DNA of 60,444 nt, filler included, from Nitrospinae bacterium RIFCSPLOWO2_12_FULL_45_22 (GTDB lineage: Bacteria > 2-12-FULL-45-22), in the NCBI GenBank assembly GCA_001803565.1. It is 7 parts of 7 records of this genome, joined end to end, with 100 filler letters (N's around TTAATTAATTAA, not from the genome) between each part and the next. Parts side by side here need not be neighbours in the genome. Positions count along the whole stretch, not along the records: positions 17,512 to 24,283 come from MHDQ01000107.1; positions 24,384 to 31,160 come from MHDQ01000108.1; 5 more parts are not named here. One strand, 5' to 3'. The translations under genes and the position numbers were made by a program. Below, in pieces: positions 18,747 through 28,548 of the stretch. The notes under the pieces were generated by a model that was not told the origin of the DNA, made no database searches, and was given only the letters and a program-made list of their open reading frames with translations. The first letter of the stretch is position 1. The number at the start of each line of letters is the position of its first letter.

Positions 18747-20045
18747 TCAAACCGTCTTTAGTGCCCCCGTCCAGGTCTCAAACGCAGGGAAATCTATCCC
18801 CCTTTCCTCTTTTCGGTAAAAGATAAGGTAGGTAAGGTTTTTCCAGCCAATGAAACCCAGGCCTTCTTTACTCTTAAGGTATCTGGTACGCCAGGTCCCG
18901 CTATTAAGATAGACATATTCCTTTGGGCCATCAGGTCCTTCTATAACCCGCAAGGGTATTTGCAGGGGTTCATGGGTATGACCATAGACCAGGTATCTTA
19001 TGCGACTGTCTAAGTGGGAATATTCCTTTGGGGCAGCCTCCAGAAGATCGTCCCTGGCAAAACGATCTTTTACTCCCTCAAAAAGTGGCATGAGTTTCTC
19101 AGAGGGAAAGATCTTGAATTTTTCCAGCAGAAACAATACCGACTGGATCTTATCTGCCTCATCCCAAAAGTCATACCATTTATCATGATGGCCATACCAC
19201 CTTTTTACAAACTCCAACTGATTGAACTCCTTTATCGTTTCATCCACTGCATCCTCAATAATCTCTTTCAAAGTGAGGTTCTTTTTTACTTGATAAAGTA
19301 GCCATTCAATGATGGCTGAAAATGGTCTCACATTTTCGATTTCTTGAAAATTTCTCTTTAGGGCAGCCTGTTCCTTCTGGGGCAATTGTTTAATTTCATC
19401 CCTATTCATGATTTTCCAGGGAAGCTTTGCCACTAATTCGGTTGTGATAGGGTCGCCAATGGGCACCCTCATATAATCCTCGTACCTATAAGAAATGCTA
19501 CCCTCATAGTTGAATTTGTCATATTCATGGCCATGTCGGGCAAATACCGAATAATCTATATTTTCGAAAAAATGGCTAAATAGGGTATCACCTTGAAGTG
19601 GCATCTTCAGCCAATGACAGACCTTTTCCCTCAGGCTCCTGTATTTACTACACAACCTATCATGATTTCCCGGTATATATACCCTCTCCGGCTCAACCGG
19701 AAGGCCAAACTCCTCTTTTAAGTCCCCTTTTAGTAGATCAAAGGTATCCTGATTCTTTCTTATTATGGTATCAAAGATGCCATTGGCATTCTCCTCAATC
19801 CTTTTCTCATTCTTCCCCCAGGGCCGCTCATCTTCAGGATATCCAAACCATATCTCGGTTCTCAAGAAATCAAATATGTCGCCTAAGAAAACTAGTTTAA
19901 TCTCATCTATCCTTCTTCCGTCTTTAATCAGCCAATCACATGTACCGGCTAAGTCTCCAAAGAATATTTTAAAGGCATCTACCGGGACGTTGTGTTCACC
20001 GGCGCTTCCATCTACAAAATGCAAATCACTAATAAAGATAAGCAT
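18747..20045 (-). CDS. Calcineurin-like metallophosphoesterase
   Basis: SDLH, GDIFD, GNHD, HGH, GHTH, YLNSGTW; ATG 20045 with RBS. Confidence 0.88.
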   Translation of the reverse strand: MLIFISDLHFVDGSAGEHNVPVDAFKIFFGDLAGTCDWLIKDGRRIDEIKLVFLGDIFDFLRTEIWFGYPEDERPWGKNEKRIEENANGIFDTIIRKNQDTFDLLKGDLKEEFGLPVEPERVYIPGNHDRLCSKYRSLREKVCHWLKMPLQGDTLFSHFFENIDYSVFARHGHEYDKFNYEGSISYRYEDYMRVPIGDPITTELVAKLPWKIMNRDEIKQLPQKEQAALKRNFQEIENVRPFSAIIEWLLYQVKKNLTLKEIIEDAVDETIKEFNQLEFVKRWYGHHDKWYDFWDEADKIQSVLFLLEKFKIFPSEKLMPLFEGVKDRFARDDLLEAAPKEYSHLDSRIRYLVYGHTHEPLQIPLRVIEGPDGPKEYVYLNSGTWRTRYLKSKEGLGFIGWKNLTYLIFYRKEERGIDFPAFETWTGALKTV

Positions 20046-20613
20046 CTCTCTTACCTCCCACAATCCCCTTTATCTGCTAACGCGCTGGGCTCCCGAGGGA
20101 ACGGGAGGCCCCATCTCCGTCTCATCAGAGCAATCCTGCCTAATGCCGCCCCCTCGCCTGAAAGACATCCTGTTTCATCTTACTTTACCCTTTATCGCCC
20201 TTGCGGATTCATCCGACCTCATTCCCCGATATGGTAACAAACAGGGCATTCTGAACATACTCGGTGTAATTACCAATGATATGGGACTCGAACCTAAGAC
20301 AGCCCCAACATTCAAAAAATTAATACGCCACGGCGATCTCTATTGGGGTTTATCTAAACCGAGCACCTACCGCAATTCCAGACTTCTCCAAATAGCCAAT
20401 GAAAGGAGGCTATTTTTTGGACATTTTGTTAGGTCTTTCCCCAACTTCATATAGAAGGAGCTTGCCATTGGAAAGACGAGCTCCCATCTGGTTTAAAACC
20501 TGGCAAAGCTGTATCTGTGCGGCTTGGAATCTAGGGACTTCAAGCGGTTCCAGTCTTATCAGTACTGCCTCCGGATTCGTCTTGATCCACCCACGACAAC
20601 GGGTAATGGCCTC

Positions 20614-20637
20614 CCTGTCTGCCAAGGCACAGGCAGG
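20614..20637. repeat. 24-bp CCTGYCTG...CAGRCAGG palindromic insertion (in frame, PACALADR)
   Basis: CCTGTCTGCCAAGGCACAGGCAGG; removal gives LIPVLEAITRCRG. Confidence 0.75.
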
Positions 20638-21118
20638 CAGGACAGGAATCAAGTCCCGAGGATTGGGGAGAAAGTTAGCAAAGAGCTCTATAAGTTTTTT
20701 CCGGCTATTCCAGACTAACGATTGGGCCAGATCCCATAAATTCTTACCTTCTGTACCGATTTCTTTGAACTTTTCTTCCTTCACCTCCGAGAGATCGATT
20801 CGCTCAGGACACCCTTCCAACTCCTCCTGGGCGCGGGTAAGCTGGAGCTTCAATTGCTTTTGCTGCTCCTGGAGCCTCTTGCTCATACGAAGCGTACCAT
20901 CCTTTTTATACCTCAAAGGGAGCCTCCCCAGGTCGCGCTCACATTTGTTCAATCTCTTCTTTAGTTCCTTGAGCTCTTTTTGTAATTCCTTGTGCCTAGG
21001 GTTGGCTATATCCTGTCGCTGGCTCTCCTTGTCCATCTCCAGGAGGGGATGGTAATGCATATTGAGGCGATCTCCCATATGTTTGAAGCCGTTTTCGCTA
21101 ATACCCCAGCGGCCCAAC

Positions 21119-21180
21119 GAGGTAAAGGTATAGGTAAAGGAAGAGGTAAAGGTAAAGGCCTCTACCTCTACCTCTACCTA
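21119..21180. repeat. Hexamer-repeat hairpin at the transposase frameshift
   Basis: (GGTAAA/GGTATA/GGAAGA)n followed by (CCTCTA)n. Confidence 0.75.
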
Positions 21181-21268
21181 TTATGGTTATGGTGTCTTCC
21201 TGGTCATCTTGGGTCGCACAGGCCACCCGACGGTCACTATCTTTGTCCCAGATGATGATCCGCCTCAG

Positions 21269-21285
21269 CACCCAGAGGGTACCCG
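21269..21285. repeat. 17-bp micro-element
   Basis: CACCCAGAGGGTACCCG, 16/17 identical to 4739-4755. Confidence 0.5.
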
Positions 21286-21530
21286 TGCTGTGCTTACTTG
21301 CCTGGTTATGATAGAGCTTCTTTTCCTCCAGGGCCTGGTACGCTTTATCATTTACCCTAAAAACTTCTCCAAAACGTCCTTCTGGTATAGCAGCCAACTC
21401 TTGGGGATCGGTATGCTTCTCCCAGGTCACAAAACGATACCCCTTCAGGGAGAGAAAATGCTCCACCCCCCACGCCTCCCGGTCAACCACAATCAAAGGC
21501 GCTTTGCCACCAATGTAGGAAGCCCACTTG

Positions 21531-21557
21531 CCTGCCTGTGCGGGGCACGCAGACAGG
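21531..21557. repeat. 27-bp CCTGYCTG...CAGRCAGG palindromic insertion
   Basis: CCTGCCTGTGCGGGGCACGCAGACAGG, read as LSACPAQAG. Confidence 0.75.
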
Positions 21558-22676
21558 TGACCCCGCTGGGTATAATAGCCACTGCGAACCCTCTCCTTAC
21601 CATAGTAGGGAATAAAATGCCCATCAATATAAATACACCAGAGAGAGACCAGGCCCAATTGGGCCTGTCGTTTGAAGAATTCCTCTACCAAGTCCAAAGA
21701 GACCTTCTGGGCACAGGCATGGTGTATCTTTTCCCAGAGGACTTCTCTGCTGAAGAGTTGCTTCAAACCAAGAATTTGCCCGAATTCCCGGCGATATACG
21801 GTCTTGAGCTGCTCTACCGACCTCAGATTATGAATCATCATCATGGCAAACAGGTAAACCACCAGGGCATAGCGTCCCAGATAGGATTCACAGCAACTCA
21901 TAAAATCAAAAAAGCCCTGAAATATGCCCCAGTAGAGAAAACTACCGGCATATCTGCTCTCCTGAAACTCATGCGTTTCGTTGAATATCTCCGGAGGCTC
22001 TCCCAGAGCTACAGGCTCGGGCTCTTCCAGGGGCAAGCTCATCTGCCTGCTCAGGGCCTCCTCGCGAAGTCTTCGACGTTCGGCCTCCAGTTGACGGGCC
22101 TTGTTGCCTACCGGCAACTCCTGGCCATGCTCTTGGCGCCCCTTTCGCCGGCTACCCTTATAGCTGTTTATCAGACCTTCACGTCCCGATCTCTTGAAGG
22201 TATCTACCCAGTTATCAATGCTTTGTCGAGAGATACCAAAGGCCTCGGCCAGACGACTCTTAGTGACTCCGCACTCCAACACCAACTCTACCACCAGACT
22301 CCTGCGGTCAATGGCCTCTTTGATATGACAGATCTTATAAGGGATGCCATAGCGATAAACGGTGAGATGGCTTTTGCCAAGCCACTCAATCGCAAAACCA
22401 TTGCCGATAGAAATACGTCGATCATCTTGAGAATCGGTAGGAAAAAGGGCTTGCTGAACCATAATTGCCTCCCGTGGCTAATGAATGTTAGCTACAGCAA
22501 AGGCAACTTATCATATCTTGCCATAATTATCAATATTTTTTACATTTATTTTACTATTTTGATAATTTTTATAATTTTTTGTAAATCCAATTCTCCAATT
22601 ATTCGACTTTTTGGGTCTCTGCCCTCACAAAAAGGACATTACCAGACACCACGGTAACGGAGATCGAAGAAGTCTG

Positions 22677-23008
22677 AACTTGTTTCACTTGATATGGCTT
22701 TGCCTTATCCTTGTCCTTCTGTAAATTAATCTTTAGGGGTATTACCTTGACTGCGGTTGTATCGATATATGGTGCTTTATGAAACATTCAAATACTAAAT
22801 ATTGGGGATAATAGCCATTTACCGCAGTCAAGGTAATACCCCTATTAATCTTTTCAACTATACCCTCTTTTCGAAAAATATGATGGCTGCCTCTTATCCG
22901 TTCTTCAAAGCCTAAGTTTTTCAGCAAGTTGCATAAGTCCTCGAAATGAATATTTGCATCGGATGTTCCACTAAGAATCTTGAGCAGGAGCTTCTCATGT
23001 TTACCCAT
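22677..23008 (-). pseudogene. hicA: HicA toxin interrupted by a MITE and truncated by an IS
   Basis: SDANIHFEDLCNLL..GF..RIRGSHHIF; removing 119 nt restores EKINLQKDKDKAKPYQVKQV. Confidence 0.88.
22735..22843. mobile_element. 109-bp MITE
   Basis: Perfect 23-bp TIR AGGGGTATTACCTTGACTGCGGT; flanking direct repeat ATTAATCTTT at 22725-22734 and 22844-22853. Confidence 0.92.
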
Positions 23009-23054
23009 CGCTTCATTTTACCAGAAATTAATGACCATTTGATTATTTTTATTA

Positions 23055-23145
23055 GCATAACGCTCCGCATGACCAGAGCGGGCAATCACGTTGGAATGAA
23101 AACGTGCCGGGCTTAACCTGCGTCTGGTCGATGTTCTTGTTAGAG
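23055..23145 (-). other. Integron attC site
   Basis: Minus strand: CTCTAAC-AAGAA-CATCGACC...GGTCATG-CGGAGC-GTTATGC; 5- and 6-nt spacers; L boxes pair except one extra base. Confidence 0.8.
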
Positions 23146-23964
23146 ATGCTCTTTATTAAGATAAAATTCCCGTAAAACAACCGTTTCCATCAGACTATCT
23201 TCTGTATCAAAGAGAGCGAGGCTGTTGATATTCATGTTATCAAGAATCTTTAACACGTTTATTCTCTCGGAAATCGGCAACGTGAACTTCCAGAGTAAAT
23301 TCTCGCCTTCCTCTGCCCCTGCAAATGCATTTTCGTGAAGCATGTACATTACGCCCTGTTTGGTTTTTTCTGCGCAGATCGTATATTCACTTTGCTGCAC
23401 GTAGTGACGCCGATGGCTGGGCACATTCCCTGGCAAGCTTGTAATTATCGGAGCGTTTCCGACTTGGGTTTTCCCTTGAGATCCCCACTCTATGTAAGCG
23501 TATATTCCAACCTCCACTGTCTCTTCAGGCGGTTTATTAAATGCGAAATAAGAGGCGATATAGGGAGACTTTGTCCAGTCCAAAAGCGGCGAGGGAAATC
23601 CGTGGTGACGCAAATAGATCATGTACTCTTGCGCAGGAAACGAGTGCAGACCAAGAAGAAAATCAGTGTCTTTTGCCCATTGCTCAAAGTCGACCGATTC
23701 GACATGCCATCTCCGCCCCGCAAATGTTTCTATTTGCGGTCGAACCCGTTGTGCAATGTCAAAATACTTGCGAGCATCGAATTGATCCTGATGAGTATAC
23801 CTTTCTAGAGTCGTACGAAGTTTCCAAGATGCATATGGTTGCCCACGGAACAATACATTAGATACATCCATAACAGTTTTTTTCTGTAGATCCTTGCGCT
23901 GCTCGTTTAATTTAACCAATTTTTGTTCAAACTCGCGCCAGCTGTTTAATTTCTTTATCTCCAT
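23140..23964 (-). CDS. FRG domain protein (integron cassette ORF)
   Basis: LFRGQ, LRHHGFPSPLLDWTKSPYIASYFA, R..QQSEY; stop codon lies within the attC R'' box. Confidence 0.9.
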   Translation of the reverse strand: MEIKKLNSWREFEQKLVKLNEQRKDLQKKTVMDVSNVLFRGQPYASWKLRTTLERYTHQDQFDARKYFDIAQRVRPQIETFAGRRWHVESVDFEQWAKDTDFLLGLHSFPAQEYMIYLRHHGFPSPLLDWTKSPYIASYFAFNKPPEETVEVGIYAYIEWGSQGKTQVGNAPIITSLPGNVPSHRRHYVQQSEYTICAEKTKQGVMYMLHENAFAGAEEGENLLWKFTLPISERINVLKILDNMNINSLALFDTEDSLMETVVLREFYLNKEHL

Positions 23965-23972
23965 AGTAAGAT

Positions 23973-23979
23973 CTCCAAC
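23973..23979 (-). other. Cassette 5' recombination core (attI-like or secondary site)
   Basis: GTTGGAG 8 nt before the ATG, 6/7 complementary to the cassette R'' CTCTAAC; AT-rich upstream with no attC hairpin. Confidence 0.55.
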
Positions 23980-24283
23980 ATTTACTTTTATTATTCTATT
24001 TTTAGCTGAAGTATATATTGGAATAACCCTGATATCAATAATTTTTAGAGATATTTTATTGAAAATGCGGCAAATAAATCGGCATTCGGCATAATGATAA
24101 ATATTTATGATTATACCAAATCGGTTAAATTGAGGACTTTGTTACTGGAAGAATTTAAGAAGTTTCTGCTGCAAAAGAGACCATTAAGCCTCAATATATC
24201 CCCTGGAGTTATTATCTTACCCTTTTCAACCTAAGGTATAGATTTCTCCCTGTAGTCTTGCCTTCATCCAAATAACCTCAGGG

Positions 24284-24383
24284 NNNNNNNNNNNNNNNNN
24301 NNNNNNNNNNNNNNNNNNNNNNNNNNNTTAATTAATTAANNNNNNNNNNNNNNNNNNNNNNNNNNNNNNNNNNNNNNNNNNNN
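24284..24383. other. Artificial contig linker
   Basis: N run + TTAATTAATTAA + N run. Confidence 0.98.
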
Positions 24384-24467
24384 CCCTCCTTTCATGAAAG
24401 GGCATTCTATATCAAAATAGGACATTCCTATCTTGGCTAGATAGGACATTATCATTTTGGGATGACA
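24384..24467 (-). mobile_element. End of an IS (IS1202/IS481-like TGT end) at a contig break
   Basis: Minus strand TGTCATCCC end, two ATAGGACATT subterminal repeats, then an AAAGGAGG RBS running into the gap. Confidence 0.6.
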
Positions 24468-24601
24468 GAATAATTCCCGATTTTATAGAGAGTCCCAAAA
24501 ATTTAAAACTTGAAGGTAATCCTATAATCATGCCATAATAAATTTTTATTATGAAGGATGCCAGTTTATACGCAATTTATAGGCATAAAAAGGAGAGGAT
24601 A

Positions 24602-25750
24602 ATGGAGTGGGAATTTACTGAAGAGCAGCAGATGATACGGCAGATGATCGCCCGGTTGGCGGCGGAAAAGATAGCCCCCAGGGCGGCTGAGATAGATGAG
24701 ACAAATGACTTCCCCCAGGATATTAAGGAAATTATGGCCCAAAATGGCCTCTTAAAAATGGGTCTCCCAGAAAAATATGGGGGCATTGGGGCAGGTGTTA
24801 CCACCCTTTGTATAGTTATGGAAGAGGTAGCCAAGGTTTCTTTATCCGCTACTATTATCTTTTTTAGTATCCACTTGATTATAGAGATGCTTTTAGCCGC
24901 CGGAACTGAAGAGCAGCAAGAGAGGTTTTTTCCCAGGATAGCTGAGGGTGACAAGATAGGTTGTATGGCAGTAACCGAGCCCAATGCCGGATCAGACCTA
25001 AGCTCCATGCAAACCAGGGCTGTCCTGGATGGAAACACCTATGTAGTAAACGGTACCAAGTGCTTCCTTACGGCGGGTGGCGTAGCCGATTTCTATGGTC
25101 TTTTTGCCTCCACGCAGCCAGAAAAGAAGGGGCATGGCATCTCGGGTTTCATGGTAGAGAGGGATACGCCGGGCCTTAGTATTGGAAAATTAGAAAATCC
25201 TATGGGCATGAGGGGGGCAGCCAATGTAGAAGTTATATTTGATGGTACCCGAATACCTAAAGATAATCTGTTAGGCAAAGAAGGCGAAGGGCTTAAAATA
25301 TTGTTAGAGACCCTTGAGACGGAGCGCCTATGGGTAAGTGCCCAGGCCGTTGGCCTGGCCCAGGGTGCGATGGAATATGCCGCACGCTATGCTCAGGAAA
25401 GGGTTCAATTTGGTAGAGCCATAGCCGAGTTCCAGGCCATTCAATTTATGCTGGCGGAGATGGCTACGCAGATAGAGGCTGCCCGCTCCCTCCTTTATCG
25501 GGCCGCTTCATTGAAGGATCAGGGCAGAAAAGACACTAGAGGACTGGCAGCCATGGCTAAATGCTTCGCTACTGACATGGCTATGAGGGCCACTACCGAT
25601 GCGGTACAGATTTTAGGTGGTTATGGCTATATGAAGGATCACCCAGTGGAACGGATGATGAGGGATGCCAAGGCTACCCAAATCTTTGCCGGTACCAATC
25701 AGATCCAAAAGATAGTTATTGCTCGCTCCTTAATGGGTAAGCACGATTAA
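24602..25750 (+). CDS. Acyl-CoA dehydrogenase
   Basis: TEPNAGSD, NGTKCF, MGMRG, RVQFG, QILGGYGYMKDHPVERMMRDAK; start at ATG 24602 after AGGAGAGG. Confidence 0.95.
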   Translation: MEWEFTEEQQMIRQMIARLAAEKIAPRAAEIDETNDFPQDIKEIMAQNGLLKMGLPEKYGGIGAGVTTLCIVMEEVAKVSLSATIIFFSIHLIIEMLLAAGTEEQQERFFPRIAEGDKIGCMAVTEPNAGSDLSSMQTRAVLDGNTYVVNGTKCFLTAGGVADFYGLFASTQPEKKGHGISGFMVERDTPGLSIGKLENPMGMRGAANVEVIFDGTRIPKDNLLGKEGEGLKILLETLETERLWVSAQAVGLAQGAMEYAARYAQERVQFGRAIAEFQAIQFMLAEMATQIEAARSLLYRAASLKDQGRKDTRGLAAMAKCFATDMAMRATTDAVQILGGYGYMKDHPVERMMRDAKATQIFAGTNQIQKIVIARSLMGKHD

Positions 25751-25853
25751 AATTTGGGGAACGAGAATGCCCCGTCTATCGTGGAGGGATTCCCCAATTT
25801 ACCGATAGGCGGTGTTTTCTACGTCCCCTAAAGAGGGTTTCGGGGGGAGAATT

Positions 25854-27764
25854 ATGGAGAATAAAAAATTTTATCCTATAAAAAGGTACCTGGAATTTTA
25901 CAACCATGCAATTTCAGACTTAGAGAGCTTTTGGGAGAAAGAAGCCGAAAAAATTCCCTGGTTTAAACGATGGGAGAAAGGTCTTGTTTGGGAAGAGCCA
26001 TTTGCCAGGTGGTTTGTCGGTGGCGCCCTTAATGCCTCTTATGCGTGTGTAGATGTACATATGCATTCCTGGCGCAAGAATAAAGTTGCCATATACTGGG
26101 AAGATGAGAATGGAAATACAAAAACTATTAGTTATACCCAATTGTATAGGGAAGTGAATAGATTTGCCTCGGCCCTGAAGGATATTGGTGTGAAGAAGGG
26201 TGATATAGTGGTTTTATACCTACCGATGATTCCGGAACTGGTAATTTCAATGCTTGCAACTGCAAGGATAGGCGCTATTCATGCTATTGTATTTTCAGGA
26301 TTTAGTAGCGAAGCATTAGCGGATAGAATAAACGATACCGGTGCAAAAGTTTTGATAACCGCTGACTTTGGCATAAGAAGAGGAAAATTTGTCCCCCTTA
26401 AAGAAATTATTGATAGTGCGCTAAAATCCACACCAACTATAGAAAAGGTGGTTTTAGTAAAAAGGACCCAGGAAGAAATAAATATGGAAGAGGGCCGTGA
26501 TCTACTTTATCACGAATTGCTTACGCAGGCTGAAAATTATACAGAACCTGAATCGGTAGAATCTAGCCACCCATTGTATATACTTTATACCTCAGGGACT
26601 ACCGGGAAGCCTAAAGGAATTGTCCATTCTACGGGAGGATATTTAGTCTATAACTATGCTACCTATAAGTGGGTTTTTGATGTATCCGATGAATCCATTT
26701 ACTGGTGTACGGCAGATATAGGCTGGGTTACAGGACACTCATATATAGTCTATGCACCACTACTTCATGGGGCAACGATTGTTATGTATGAAGGGGCGCC
26801 TGATTACCCGCACCTGGATAGGTGGTGGGAAATTATAGAAAAATATGGTGTTACTATCTTTTATACCTCGCCCACCGCCCTAAGGATGTTTATGCGGCAT
26901 GGTGAAGAATGGATAAAGAGGCATGATCTGAGCAGTTTAAAGATATTAGGCACGGTTGGTGAGCCTATCAACCCCGAGGTATGGGAATGGTATTACAGGC
27001 ATATTGGGGGTGAAAGGTGTCCCATAGTTGATACCTGGTGGCAGACAGAAACCGGTGGGATGATGATATCTCCGGCCCCTGGGCTGGGACCTGTCCCCCT
27101 TAAAGCAGGGTCTACAACTTTGCCTTTACCTGGGATTGATGCCGAAGTGGTAGACGATTCAGGCAATCCTGTGGCTACTGGCATAAAAGGGTATTTAGTA
27201 ATAAAAAGACCCTGGCCGGGCATGCTTATGGGACTTTACCATGATCCTGTTAGATATAAGGAGGTCTATTGGACAAAGTTTAAAGGAGTTTATTATACCG
27301 GGGATTATGCCATAAAGGATGAGGAGGGATATTTTTGGTTATTGGGAAGGGCTGATGAGACCTTAAAGGTGGCCGGGCACAGGATAGGCACAGCCGAGGT
27401 AGAAAGCGCTGTGGTGGCAAATGCCTTTGTTGCAGAAGCTGCGGTGGTGGGTGTACCCGACCCAATAAAGGGAGAAGCTATTGTAATCTTTACCATACTA
27501 AAGGATGGGTATAAACCTGAAGCTGACGTAAAAGAGAATATAATTGATAGTATTCGTAAGCAGATAGGTGCTTTAGCTACACCCCGAGAAATTTACTTTG
27601 TAGAGAAGCTGCCAAAGACTAGATCGGGTAAGATTATGAGGCGGATATTAAAAGCCATCACTCAGGGTGTGCCCATCGGAGATGTTACAACCCTGGAGGA
27701 TGAAGCCTCAGTAGATGAAATAAAGCAGCTCTACGACGAAGTTCACTCGATGTTAAAAGGTTAA
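25854..27764 (+). CDS. acs: Acetyl-CoA synthetase (AMP-forming)
   Basis: [46 protein letters not shown]. Confidence 0.93.
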   Translation: MENKKFYPIKRYLEFYNHAISDLESFWEKEAEKIPWFKRWEKGLVWEEPFARWFVGGALNASYACVDVHMHSWRKNKVAIYWEDENGNTKTISYTQLYREVNRFASALKDIGVKKGDIVVLYLPMIPELVISMLATARIGAIHAIVFSGFSSEALADRINDTGAKVLITADFGIRRGKFVPLKEIIDSALKSTPTIEKVVLVKRTQEEINMEEGRDLLYHELLTQAENYTEPESVESSHPLYILYTSGTTGKPKGIVHSTGGYLVYNYATYKWVFDVSDESIYWCTADIGWVTGHSYIVYAPLLHGATIVMYEGAPDYPHLDRWWEIIEKYGVTIFYTSPTALRMFMRHGEEWIKRHDLSSLKILGTVGEPINPEVWEWYYRHIGGERCPIVDTWWQTETGGMMISPAPGLGPVPLKAGSTTLPLPGIDAEVVDDSGNPVATGIKGYLVIKRPWPGMLMGLYHDPVRYKEVYWTKFKGVYYTGDYAIKDEEGYFWLLGRADETLKVAGHRIGTAEVESAVVANAFVAEAAVVGVPDPIKGEAIVIFTILKDGYKPEADVKENIIDSIRKQIGALATPREIYFVEKLPKTRSGKIMRRILKAITQGVPIGDVTTLEDEASVDEIKQLYDEVHSMLKG

Positions 27765-27780
27765 TATCTTAGTAGCCAAG

Positions 27781-28500
27781 ATGAAGGCCCATCTCTTTGT
27801 TACCTGTTTGGTAGATCAATTCTTCCCTGAGGTAGGGATAGACCTGGTGAAATGCCTGCGCCTGGCTGGGGTAGAGGTTCATTTCCTGACCGGGCAGACC
27901 TGTTGCGGCCAACCAGCTTTTAATAATGGCTTCTGGCGAGAGGCCAGGAGCCTGGCTAAAAGATTCATCTACCTATTTGAAAAGGCCGACCTTATTGTTA
28001 TCCCATCGGGTTCCTGCGCCAGTATGGTAAAGGTCTTTTATCCAGTATTGTTCAAAGACGACCCCATCCTATTAGCCAGGGCCCAGGCATTATCCCAGAA
28101 GGTTTATGAATTTTCAGAGTTTCTGGTAAAGCTCCTGGGGATCGAAACCGTGGCCTCCAAATATACGGGAAAGATAACCTATCATGACTCCTGCCACCTC
28201 CTGCGGGAACTAAAGATTTATGAGGAGCCCAGGAAGTTATTAAAGGCCGTCAAAGGGGTTGAACTCGTCGAGATGGAAAACTCTGAGGCCTGCTGTGGGT
28301 TTGGGGGGATATTTTCTATAAAAAACTCTGATATCTCAGCCGCTATCCTCCAGGAAAAGATTGATAGGATAAGGGCAACTGATGCCAAGGTCGTTGTAGC
28401 TAATGATGTAGGCTGTCTGATGCATATTGCCGGTGGCCTAAGCCGGCAAAACCTCACCATAAAAACCCGGCATATAGCCCAAATTCTCGCAGCGGATTAG
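27781..28500 (+). CDS. lutA: Lactate utilization protein A (CCG domains)
   Basis: LFVTCLVD, QTCCGQPA, SGSC, YHDSCH, CCGFGG. Confidence 0.9.
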   Translation: MKAHLFVTCLVDQFFPEVGIDLVKCLRLAGVEVHFLTGQTCCGQPAFNNGFWREARSLAKRFIYLFEKADLIVIPSGSCASMVKVFYPVLFKDDPILLARAQALSQKVYEFSEFLVKLLGIETVASKYTGKITYHDSCHLLRELKIYEEPRKLLKAVKGVELVEMENSEACCGFGGIFSIKNSDISAAILQEKIDRIRATDAKVVVANDVGCLMHIAGGLSRQNLTIKTRHIAQILAAD

Positions 28501-28548
28501 CAATGTAGCCGCAGGGGCTTGTCCTGCCTGACAACCAAGGATTATTAG

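Larger units (their letters stand above)
20410..22462 (-). pseudogene. DDE transposase split by a frameshift, with micro-insertions and an apparent internal deletion
   Basis: HTH (LAEAFGISRQSIDNW), YIDGH, VVDRE, RWGISENGFK; spread over ORFs 21098-22462 and 20410-21117. Confidence 0.8.
20379..22676 (-). mobile_element. Degenerate insertion sequence
   Basis: Imperfect terminal IR CAGACTTCTCCAA / revcomp CAGACTTCTTCGA (11/13); the right end truncates hicA; no TSD seen. Confidence 0.65.

Noticed and set aside
20278-20305. GGTTCGAGTCCC tRNA T-loop-like motif on the minus strand
   Set aside because: T-stem pairs poorly; no cloverleaf or CCA end found
21209-22657. 482-aa plus-strand ORF
   Set aside because: Antisense shadow of the transposase; no recognisable motifs
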